Positions 12,937-22,895 of a DNA stretch of 64,000 bases are shown piece after piece (within the stretch, counting starts at the first letter, position 1; the number at the start of each line of letters is the position of its first letter). Position numbers and translations under genes: made by a program. This DNA comes from Squalus acanthias (lineage: Eukaryota): the NCBI GenBank assembly GCA_030390025.1, contig CM059431.1:110920001-110984000 (forward strand), read 5' to 3'. The notes under the pieces were generated by a model, which saw only the letters and a program-made list of their open reading frames with translations, was not told the DNA's origin and did not search any database.

Positions 12937-13680
12937 GGCCCAGAAATTGATCTCGCTCTGTTCCCGCGGGGGTAAGCCTTTCCCGCGATGTCTCACCTCG
13001 CTTATGCTTTTTCAGATCCAGCTCGCACGAACTTGATGTTCCAGACATCAGCTGTGCTGGGCTTGCGTATCCCAGCGGCGTAGTGAATTCGTGCGAGCTG
13101 TGGGATCACGTGACTCAGTTAGAGCCAATGGCAGCACACCATCTTCCATTCATAAGTCTCACAGCATGGCTGTGAAATCTATGAATCTTACACCCCCCCA
13201 AAATAACAGCTAAACCTCAATTAAATTTAAAAAAAAAAACATCACATTAATAAAATAAGTATAGTTAATTAAATTAACCATTTTAAATAAAAAATTAAAT
13301 TTTTGAAAAAATTTAAAATCTTTTAAAAAGTTATAAAAATAAACTTACCTGTCTTTAAAGTCTCTAAAAAAGATATACCTGTAAAAAAAAATTCAAAAAA
13401 ATACTTAATTCACTACTTACCTTCTTAAAAGCGGGTCTTACTCCTCCTTTTTACATTTCCAAAATCTTCCCTACTTACCTGCGCGTCCAAAGCATGAAGT
13501 GCACAGCGTGCGCGCAGCCTGTAGCGCGCACGCGATGCACCCAGGCCCCGCCCCCTTTTCAGAAGAGCAATTGCCGGTTTTCAGCGCATGCGCAGGGCAT
13601 GCAGAAAACCGGCAATTGGAGTGGGAATACGCGAGAGTACGCACTGCGTACTCTCGCGTCCCGGGATCAATTTTCGGCCC
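12937..13680. mobile_element. MITE family A, copy 2
   Basis: Termini GGCCCAGAAATTGA / TCAATTTTCGGCCC, flanked by AAT/ATT. Colinear with 4715-5479. Confidence 0.9.
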
Positions 13681-13892
13681 ATTACATCAAAGACAATGAG
13701 GTGGGGTCACAAGGGGTCAAATGTGGCAGATCCTTCCCTAAAGGAAGCGAAGGAACCAATTGGGTTTTATATGACAATCTGACAGCTTCATGCTCCCTTT
13801 TATTGATACAATTTTTTTTATTTTTTTTAATTCCAGATATATTTAAACCAAATTCAAATTCCCAAACTGCTGTGGTGGGATTTGAACTCATT

Positions 13893-15309
13893 GGGGGTGA
13901 TTTTCGGCAGCGTGTTCAGGTGCTAATGATCCTCCGAGATGAGAGTCTTGAGCTGAAATGTTGGATTATTTTTTTTTAATTTGTTCATGGGATATGGGTG
14001 CCACTGGCCAGCATTTATTGCCCATCCCTAATTGCCCTTGAACAACTGTGTGGCTTGCTAGGCCATTTCAGAGGGCAGTTAAGATTCACCACATTGCTGT
14101 GGGTGGAGTCACATATAGACCAGACCAGGGAAGGACAGCAGGTTTCCTTCCCTAAAGGACATTAGTGAACCAGATGGGTTTTTACAGTTACCATTTTTAT
14201 GGTCACCATTACTGATACTGGCTTTTTATTCCTGATTTATTTAATTAACTGAATTTAAATTCCCCAGCTGTCGTGGTGGGATTTGAACTCATGTCTCTTG
14301 GATTATTAGTCCAGGCCTCTGGATTATTAGCCCAGTAACATAACTACTATGCTACCATTCCCCCATGGTTTAGCCCCGTGTTTAGTGCACAACGCCATCT
14401 TGGTAAAGGAGTTGAAGGCAGTGCTAGGAACGGTCGACCGGAGGTTCATTAAGGGGCTGATTGCCACTTAAAATGCCTGCTAGCACTCATTAAAGAGGCT
14501 GCACAGCATTTTGGTGACTAGAGCTTGCCTTAACGCTCTCTTCTAACAGCGACCAGCTGTATGGGAGTAAACACGGCGTTGATGTTGATTTCAAGCACTA
14601 TTTAAAGGGATACTCATCATGCTCACTAGCTGCTGGAGCTGTGAAGAGGACCTCTGAAACACGTCGGGAGACTTTCTGGGACACTTTGTCAAGACTTCAC
14701 CAACACTAGAGCAACATTTATTCTGCAAATTCTCTGAGGAATTCCCCCCCAAAATTGTAAGAGCTGTGCTACTCCACCCTACTGGACACCTTATAGGAGT
14801 CACCTGGAGAAAGGGAGTGTTTGGTCATGGGCATCGTGCTAGGGGTCCCGCTTAGTCTGCAGGAGGAATGGGAGGAGGAGATGAGGCCAGGCAGAGCAGC
14901 ACCAGCTGCTGCAGGAGAGAGGGACAGGAGCGCGAGGTGGCGTTCTTCCCCCCTGCGGTACAGGACATCCCTCCTCCTCTGTACCTCCTCCACCAGGACC
15001 TCCAGTGCCGTATCCGAGAACCTGTGCACCCTCTCCCTCGGTCCCTGAGCTATCCCGCGACATGTCAGTGTGTGCCAGCCAGCGCACTCCACACCTTCAG
15101 TGGAAGTGGGTGCGAGGAGCCCACATATAACCGCTCCACAAAACTTGAGTGCTTAACCTGCAGGTTTCTGGTTTAGCAAATTCAAATGATAATAAACAGC
15201 AATTAGGACCAAAATTATGAGCTAAATCCAGACTTTCAAACAGGCATGTCTTATTAGCATTGCACCCATTTTGCACCTGTTTTCACACTTGGGCCAAAAA
15301 AAAAACATA
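13893..15309. mobile_element. Internally deleted Harbinger: transposase 5' end (+) fused to Myb gene 5' end (-)
   Basis: Starts GGGGGTGATTTT with ATT on both flanks. Plus strand from 14828 reads MGIVLGVPLSLQEEWEEE. Minus strand 14940-15060 reads PRERVHRFSDTALEVLVEEVQRRRDVLY (Myb/SANT N-terminus). Confidence 0.75.
13970..14365 (-). mobile_element. Family-B tRNA-derived SINE, near full length
   Basis: Colinear with 306-755. A/B-box head lies at the right end on the minus strand. Confidence 0.8.
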
Positions 15310-16090
15310 TTCTCTGGATTATTAGTCCAAGGCTCTGGATTAATAATCCAGAGAATGTGAGGTTGAATCATATTATTACCAGTAATCAGTCTTGGGCCAA
15401 AAATTCGGCCCTTGCCAGGTGAGTACGCACTGTGTACTCACCTGTAAGGCATCCTGAAGTGCCGGTTTCCTGCATGCACTGCGCATGCGCGGGAAACCGG
15501 AACTTCCGGTCTGGTGAAGGGAGCGGTTCAGAGGTGAACCGCGTGCACGGTAGAGGCTGCGCGTACGCAGCAAACTTAGGGGTAAAAATTCAGTTGGTTG
15601 CGCCTCCCGTTAGCGCCTTAAGAGGGCGCTAATGGGGTGCAAAGCCGCTAGCGCCTGGGCGCAGCGATGTTTGCGCCGCTCGGGAACTTAACTAGACATT
15701 GTGCGGCGGCGCTAAACTTTACCGCCGCGACCACCTGCGCGCGCAGATTGTGACGTCATTCCATGGTGCAACGCCCTTGTGGCGCCCCGGAGCGGAAATT
15801 GAGTGGCGCCCCCTGCCTTACCGCCTGGCGCATCCAACGACCGGAAGACTGGAACGCTATCAATCGATGTGGGGCTGGGGGGGGGGGGGCGCTATTTAAA
15901 GGGGGCCTCTTCCTGTCTTTTTCTGTGGTTGACATTTTTGCACCACTCGTTCTGAGAGAGAGAGATTCGGAGAGAGAGAAAGAGAGACTTCTGCATTGAG
16001 TCAACGCTTTGTGAGGTAGTTTTGCCTACTGATCCTAACTTCGCTGCTACTTTGGTTGCTGTCCTTCATAACTTTGCTTGCAAAGAGACT

Positions 16091-17251
16091 ATGGGGGCTG
16101 CACTGATTGGGGGCGTCGTCCTGCTCCAGCTGAATCGGAGGACACAGAGATGCAGAGAGAGAGTGGCAATGATGGCCAGACGGAGGAGGGCCAACAGGCG
16201 TATGTACAGGAGAGCTTACCCTCCCAGGGTATATCGTGAACAGCTCTCCTACATTCATATGTCTGAGGAGCTGTGTTTGCGAAGGCTGCGATTCAGCAAG
16301 GAGGTGGTCACTGAGCTCTGCCACCTGCTGCAGCCAGATCTGCAGCCTCAACTGAGGTCCAGGACGTCTCTGTCGGTGGCAGTGAAGGTCACAGTGGCTC
16401 TCAACTTCTATGCTACTGGCTCATTTCAAGCTGCTGCTGGGGACCTCGCCAATATCTCCCAGTTCGCGGTGCATTGCTGCATCCGGCAGGTCACAAATGC
16501 CCTCTTTAAAAGGAGACGAGAGTTCATCTCTTTCCCCATGACCCTAGACAAGCAGCGTGACCGCGCTCTGGGCTTTGCGAGGATAGCGGGCTTCCCCATG
16601 GTGCAGGGCGCCATTGACTGCACGCATGTGGCTTTGCGTGCTCCACATGAGAATGCCGAGGAATTCCAGAACAGAAAGGGGTTCCATTCCTTGAATGTTC
16701 AGTTGGTCTGTGACCACAGACAGCTGATACTCGCTGTCAATGCCCACTATCCTGGCAGCTGCCACGATGCTTTCATCCTGCGTCAGACTACTGTGGCAGA
16801 ACTTTTCGAGGCACCGCATCAGCCAGTTGGTTGGCTTCTCGGGGACAAGGGGTATCCATTGAGCACCTGGCTGATGACACCGCTCCGTACGCCCAACACC
16901 CCTGCTGAGCTGCGGTACAACGAGAGCCATCAAGCTACCAGGAACATCATTGAGCGCACAATCGGCGTGCTGAAGCAACGGTTCTGCTGTCTCGACCATT
17001 CTGGAGGAGCCCTGCAGTACTCGCCTGAGCGAGTATCCAACTTTGTAGTTGTGTGCTGCATGTTGCATAACATGGCAATCGTCAGGACCCAGCCAATGCC
17101 ACCAGGTCTTGGAGCACCACCAGAGGAGGAGGAGGAAGAGGAGGAAGAGGACGAGGAGGATGATCATCAGCAGCACCAAGGCGGGAGGGCGGCCCACAAT
17201 GGTGAAACTGAAAGGGCCGTCCGTCAACGGCTGATAGCAAGCCGCTTCTAG
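16091..17251 (+). CDS. Harbinger DDE transposase (HARBI1-family), 386 aa from the first ATG
   Basis: Motifs VTVALNFYATGSFQ, GAIDCTH, NRKGFHSLNVQLVCD, HDAFI, LLGDKGY, IERTIGVLKQRF, CCMLHN and an acidic tail. D-D-E residues present. No stops or frameshifts. Confidence 0.95.
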   Translation: MGAALIGGVVLLQLNRRTQRCRERVAMMARRRRANRRMYRRAYPPRVYREQLSYIHMSEELCLRRLRFSKEVVTELCHLLQPDLQPQLRSRTSLSVAVKVTVALNFYATGSFQAAAGDLANISQFAVHCCIRQVTNALFKRRREFISFPMTLDKQRDRALGFARIAGFPMVQGAIDCTHVALRAPHENAEEFQNRKGFHSLNVQLVCDHRQLILAVNAHYPGSCHDAFILRQTTVAELFEAPHQPVGWLLGDKGYPLSTWLMTPLRTPNTPAELRYNESHQATRNIIERTIGVLKQRFCCLDHSGGALQYSPERVSNFVVVCCMLHNMAIVRTQPMPPGLGAPPEEEEEEEEEDEEDDHQQHQGGRAAHNGETERAVRQRLIASRF

Positions 17252-17563
17252 GGCCCCTGCTGTGGAAATGGCTTCTGCCATTGCTAACAACATCAATCAA
17301 CCCAGCACGCAACCCCTAAGCCGGCCAAGGCACCAATGATTCCAAACACCAAACATGTATATTTTGAATACAAAAACTTATTTATTTTACAAACTCTGTG
17401 TGTGTCATTTCCTCATGACAAACTGATAGAAATAAACACAAAAAAACAGTCATTAACATAACTGGTTCTCACAACCTGGAGATAATGTCCAAAACACTCG
17501 ACAAAAGTTGGACCACGAACCTCGGCCTTTAATAAAAAAATGACCAGCATTTTGTCACACCTC

Positions 17564-19383
17564 CTACTTTTTGCCCTTCGAGGGTGATCTCCTTCCCTTG
17601 CGCACTTCCCCCCTTCTAACCCTACTGCTCCTCCGTAATGGGACCTCAGTGGCTGCAGCAAGGCTGGTGGAAGGCTGCTGATCGTCAGACCCTGACACTG
17701 CAGATGCCCCTGAAGGACGGCCTCGACCAGTTCTGGGCCTGGAGGGCCCGGCTGCAGACTGCACCAACTCTGCATGGGCGGCAGCAGTCTGTCCTACAGG
17801 CGGTGGCAAGTGCAGTGGAGAAGTGACAGTGTTGGCAGCAGGAATGCTGTCATCGTGAGAGAGGACAGCAACTCCCTGCTCGCCCGACACACTGGCACTC
17901 CCACGGGGCAGCACTTCAGCATCCGGAGCAATCTGCTGGAGCACAGATTGCTGGCCTGCTGCGGCGCGGTGAGAGCCCCGGGGACATGTGAATGAACCAT
18001 CGAGGTTGGCAGCAGTCAGTGCTCGCGTGGCCTCAATCTGAGTCTGCATGAGAGCAGTCAGAGATGGGATCACGGCAGTCAGTGACTGAATTGCAGCACT
18101 AAGCCTTAGTGTGGCATCCGCCTGTGCTACAGCGAAGTGCTCCACACTCCTTGCCAGTGACTCAATGCATTCGGGCACCCTTCCCACTGCACCCATGAGC
18201 TCAGTGTGCATGCCCACCGCCTGGGTGTTCATTTCTGCGATCAGCCGCTCCTCCTCTGCGTCCATTGCAGTAGGAGTCTCTGGCATACTCTCCCTCTGGG
18301 GAGAAGGCCCCCGTTCTTCCCTACCCCCATGGCGTTGCTGCAGCCCGCTGGGTCCTGGAGCTTCACCCTCATCAGACCCTTCCCCCCTGCTCCCCTCCAG
18401 GGAAGGCGTGTTCCCAGTGTGGGCATGGGCTTCCTCGGGAGAGGGTGGCACTGATGCTCCAGCTTCCTCTTCCTCCTCGGCTGCAGCTTCACTCCCACTG
18501 GCAGCTTCAGGGCCCGTCTCCTCAGTTGGTGAATCACCATCTGAAAGCAGGGAGGTACAAGAGTGGCTTTAGCGTGAGAACAGGGTGGCAGTAAGGGAGG
18601 AATAAGTGCAGCGAGTTAGCAAGTTATATTGAAAGTGTCAAAGGCTGGTGTTGTGAGGGACAAGTGGAAGGACAGAGGACAAAAAGGTGATGACCTTACC
18701 ATTGCTGTCCAGAACGGGGTCGGCGTCTCCAGTGGCGACGGGACCGATCACCCGGCTTGCCACAATCCTGTGGACGCGCTCCTCAAGATCGCTGAGGGGT
18801 TGCAGCTGAGGCCGCCCTCCACCTGTCCGTTGCTGCTGTCTCCGATTATGCGCCAGCTTGGCCTGCAAGAAAAAGGACAGCATCTGAGTAAATATACAGC
18901 CATGGTCTTGCCTGATGTGCCTCCCATAGGTGAATAGCCCTTACTCTATGCAGCCATGGTCTTGCCTGATGTGCCTCCCATAGGTGAATAGCCCTTACTG
19001 TATACAAAGTGTGGAATGTGTGTGTGTGTTTCATGAAAGGGCCATAGGTGTTGGATGAGTGTTGTGCATTGGGGTTTTAAGACCCTCTGGCCATAGAGTG
19101 AGGTTGAGATGGAGGGATGGAGAGGTATTGAGAAAAAGCCACTCACCCTGACGACCCGAGTGAGGTCATTGAACTTTTTGCGGCATTGAACATGGGTCCT
19201 GGGCACCATGCTCCTGGAGGAGACGCTCTGAGCCACCTCCCTCCACACTCTTCTGTACTCGCGTGGCAAAGGCCTCCTGCCACTCTCAGGGAAGAGCATA
19301 CATCTTCTGCGCTCCACCGCGCCAACCAGAGCATCCAAGGCCCGCTCGGTGAAGCGCTGAGCTCGTTCTCTCACCCTCTCCAT
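17564..19383 (-). CDS. Harbinger Myb/SANT-like DNA-binding protein; join of 19383-19147, 18862-18700, 18540-17564; 458 aa
   Basis: Exon 1 encodes RFTERALDALV...LFP...W.EVA..V....RTHVQCRKKFNDL. Introns GTGAGT..TTTTTCTTGCAG (phase 0) and GTAAGG..CTGCTTTCAG (phase 1). Exons sum to 237+163+977 = 1377 nt in frame. The same exon 2 length and acceptors occur in copy 2. Confidence 0.9.
18897..19004. repeat. 54-bp tandem duplication in intron 1 of the Myb gene
   Basis: CAGCCATGGTCTTGCCTGATGTGCCTCCCATAGGTGAATAGCCCTTACT begins at both 18897 and 18951. Confidence 0.9.
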
Positions 19384-20944
19384 CCTTGGCAGCAAAATGG
19401 ATTCACAGGTCTCTCCAGGCCGAGATTCAAGGCTGCAATGAGCAGGGTGTGGCTGGGGAGCAAGTTGCCCCCCCCCGCTTTAAGAACTGGCCGGCGCCAG
19501 TGTGTTTGTGTTCCCTCGCTAACTGGCAGCACCTGCGCTGCGCTCGCGCGCTGAGTTAGCGCCTCACTGCTCGGCCTTTGCGCCTTAAGACAGGTGTGCA
19601 GCGCCTGATTTAGTGCTCCACTCACCTCCCGGGGCGGTAAAAGTGAAGTTTCCAGTCAGTGGCGATAATTAGCGCCAGGCGCTAATATTTGCGTCCAGAC
19701 GATATTTGCGCCCCAAACGGGGCGCGACCTAATTTTTCCCCCTTATGGTTTTTTTTCAGGTTTCTACGGGAAGGTAAGTATTGAAGAACCTACGCTTTTA
19801 AAAAGGAGGCGCAGGACCCGTTTTCAATAAGGTAAGTGGTTAATTAAGTATAATTTAAAATTTTTTTCAACAGGTTTATCTTTTTTAGATACTTTAAAGA
19901 AAGGTAAGTTTATTTTTAGCACTGTTGAAAAGTATTTTAATTTTTTCAAAAATTTAAATTTTTGTTTAAAGTAGTTAATTTATTTAACTTATAGTTATTT
20001 TATAAATGTGATGGGTTTTTTAAAATTTATTTGAAGTTTAGCTGTTCTTTTGGGGCCGATTTCAATTCATAGATTTGATTGGTCTTCCTGTCAAATCTAT
20101 GAATGAAAGATGGTCTGCTGCCATTGGCTCTCCATGGCCCACGTGATCCCAGGGGACGCATCGCACTAACTGCGCCCCTCAGACACGCAAGCACTGCACG
20201 CCGGCACTTGGAGCAGGCCCAGGAGCTGAAGTTCCCGTGGGCCCAGAGGTCAACGGCAGGCGCGGTAAGTAAGTGCGCGCGCGATCCTTACCCCCGCGGC
20301 AAGCCGGAGAGGCGAATTTCAGGGCCATTATACATAAAAAGAAAGCTAAAAAGCAGCATTTTATATATCGGTACAATCAGCATTTAGATCTAGCAGCTGG
20401 TTCTGTTAAATCCAGAGGTCAGAAGAACCTTAGCTCATTATTAGCTGCATTTATGATGTCACTTTTGTAAATGGCTTCAGTATGTGCTGTTAATTCACTC
20501 CAAGTGACTGTGCATGCAGACAAGGTCTGATGGTGTTTCATCTGAAGAAGGTGGTGGTGGTTGAGGAATGTGGCAAAATCAATGGAATTTAGTTTTGGAG
20601 CTGCACTTTCTGCTGCTTCTTTGATTCTAGATTTCAGAGTAATGCACTTGAATAGCAGTAAATTATTGAGCTACTAATTTGGAAAGCGCAGAAAGGGCGC
20701 AACCAGTGAAATTGTGCTTTTAAGTGTAAGAGCAACATTAATTTTTTTTTAAATAACCTAGAATTTCGATAGCTATATCCGTAAGGCACCATTTTAAACT
20801 CCCGATATAATACTTTTGCGATCGACACATGTTCTGATTCACGCAATCCTCGGGCCGAAATAGTGCACAGTGTCATTCACCTGTGTATGGTCATTCCTAT
20901 TTGAACTTATGGGCTTGGGATAATTAGGAATGCTGGGGGTTAAA

Positions 20945-22895
20945 AATGCACTGCAAACTGCGAGATGTTGCTTATATCTCCAGCAGCAGCCTGGAAGGAG
21001 CCAGGCGCATAAAAGTTAAAATCCGCAGTCACCTTGACAGCCGCAGGCAATGCTGTCCTTGCCCTGCTTTGAGGTTGCAATTATGGTTGCAGTAGTTGGC
21101 AGATATTTTGTAAAGTGAAGACGTCACATGCATTGGCCCTCGCTGAGGTTGAGGTAAGACAATTGCTCCCTATAGACGCTCGGTGGATATGGCCTCCTGC
21201 TGAGAGCCCTTCTCCCCTCCTCCTCCTCCTCCATCATCCAGCAGCATGTCCTGCTCTGCGTGGCCTCTCATCATTCTCCCAGTCATGCTCAATTCCCAGA
21301 GGGAGCCTTACCAGGCCACACCTGTCTGGAAGCAACTTGTTTCAGCACAAGCTTTTAAATGAACAGAAAAGTCCTTCAGCGCCAGCCAGATCACTCCCTG
21401 CAGACGATTCAAACTTTAGCCAAGTATAGGAAAGCTCCAAAAACACGTACAATTGTACCAGCAGTCAGAAGAAATAATCCAGCAACTAACCTGTAAGTAG
21501 TTCATGATCCCTGTAAATAGTGCTGGTGGGGGTGTCCTTCATTCCATTTAACATTGTGTTGAGCTGTGCGAGGTTAAGACTGGAGTGTGGAGCTCAAAAA
21601 TGGCAGCACGAGTGTCAAATCTGTAAAGTTTCCAAAATTTGCAGATCCCCAAAAATCTAAGGAAAAAGACTTTGGAACTACCCCAGAGTGATAAAAATGC
21701 ATTTGGGCCTAACAGAAGGAATTTAAGACCAAAACCAAGCTTTGGCATTTTAAAAGGCTGGAATTCAAGCCCCAGCAAACATTAACATTTGGACAATAGG
21801 CCCTGGGAGAAGGCAGCCCCACCCAAAACACAGAACCCATTAAAGAGACGCATAAAGATAGGAGTGCTAGGCCCAGCAAGAAACCCAAAACACGAGGACA
21901 ATGCAAACTCCGATTAAACAACAGATCGACAGGACGCAAGCCATTTGACACTCAGTAAAAAGCCGTTACTGGTAACGAGGTCTTTCAATGACCAGGATTT
22001 GATTTGGTTTAGCATAATTGAAGGCCCATCAAGCAGTTACAACAGTTCAGTAAGAAGAGAGTTCAGAACATTTTAACACCAAGTTAAACCCATCAAAACT
22101 TAACAAGCCTGCAAAACCAAGACAATGGAATGAACAGGCCTCAACTGAAACCAAATCACTTCAGCACGAAACCATTTTTAGTAAGGGGTTCTGGGAGCGA
22201 AAAAAAGAACAAGGAGCTGAACAAGTATAAAAGGGGGGCCTAATTCCCCAAGAGGCCCTCTCTCCGGACTCTCCCTCTCGGCTCTGTTCCAGAAGCAGCA
22301 CGTTCCAGGAAGACACTCGACGACCAGATCACCATCAACTTACCTGGCTGGATTTCGCACTGTTAAAACCCTTGTTTGGTGAGCATTATCCCTGATCTCC
22401 TGAAACCGAAACCTAGCTAGATAGTGGGATCTTTGGGAGGGATAAGGGTTTTTGTATATTATCATTCTCCCTCACCTGTACCGTGTGTTCCCCAACCTGT
22501 TTAAGTGTGAAGTGTGTTTTAAGTTTGTTACCTTTTTCTTTTAATAAAAGTCAAAATTCTTTCATCGGAACCTGTTGTCTACTGCATCTTTATTCACAAC
22601 CCCTAAATAAGTCCAAGTTTTGAACCTGGGGCGTGGGAGCGATTCGAACCGCTCACTGAGTCAGGGGTAAGGCTGACCCCTACCACCACCACCCCCTACA
22701 AATCAGCGTTGTACACTGGTTGACGTCATAATCTGCCTGCTCTGCATGCTGCCAGCAGTCCTTAGGTGCGCCGGCGCAAACTCCTTTACCAAATCCTGTT
22801 GGAAGTGTGCGCATTCATCTTGGACCCTATTTTTGACTGTTAGATGGGCATGTAGCACCTAAAAGACGGGCACTACACAACCCAATTTAGCCCCT
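20945..22895 (-). mobile_element. Harbinger relic (transposase N-terminal part 20945-21330 plus 5' end), interrupted by a solo LTR
   Basis: Minus strand reads RRPYPPSVYREQLSYLNLSEGQCM*RLHF..LQPQSRARTALPAAVKVTADFNFYAPGSFQAAAGDISNISQFAVH. Terminus AATTTAGCCCC near 22895. Confidence 0.8.
21622..22700 (+). mobile_element. Solo LTR (1079 bp) of an LTR retrotransposon or ERV
   Basis: TGTA...TACA termini, 4-bp TSD AATC (21618-21621, 22701-22704), TATAAAA at 22226, AATAAA at 22543. Confidence 0.88.

Larger units (their letters stand above)
12690..13730 (-). mobile_element. Penelope-like element LTR fragment, itself interrupted by MITE A copy 2
   Basis: Homologous to 45697-45910, which adjoins a GIY-YIG coding remnant. 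Flanked by an 11-bp duplication TCCTTCCCTAA (12679-12689, 13731-13741). Confidence 0.8.
12455..15385 (-). mobile_element. Family-B SINE split by nested insertions (pieces ~12455-12689, 13742-13892, 15310-15385)
   Basis: The pieces join colinearly with the uninterrupted copies at 306-755 and 13970-14365. Confidence 0.75.
15579..19742 (+). mobile_element. Full-length PIF/Harbinger DNA transposon, copy 1 (4164 bp), both genes open
   Basis: TTA TSD (15576-15578, 19743-19745). TIR GGGGTAAAAATT / AATTTTTCCCCC (11 of 12 match). Convergent transposase and Myb/SANT genes. Confidence 0.96.
15394..20326. mobile_element. MITE family A, copy 3 (inverted), split by the autonomous Harbinger (arms 15394-15578 and 19746-20326)
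   Basis: Removing 15579-19745 restores GCAGCAAACTTA-TGGTTTTTTTTCAGG, matching the reverse complement of copy 1. Termini GGGCCAAAAATTCG / CGAATTTCAGGGCC. Confidence 0.9.

Noticed and set aside
16022..16090. ORF-track start giving a 409-aa transposase
   Set aside because: It uses a TTG start. The first ATG (16091) aligns with the ATG of copy 2 (43905).
16544..17296. 250-aa minus-strand ORF
   Set aside because: Antisense shadow of the transposase. The frame is broken in copy 2 and has no recognisable motifs.
16091..19383. Calling these the domesticated host genes HARBI1 and NAIF1/MSANTD
   Set aside because: They sit between TIRs and a TSD inside another TE and have paralogous decayed copies in the window, so they are transposon genes.
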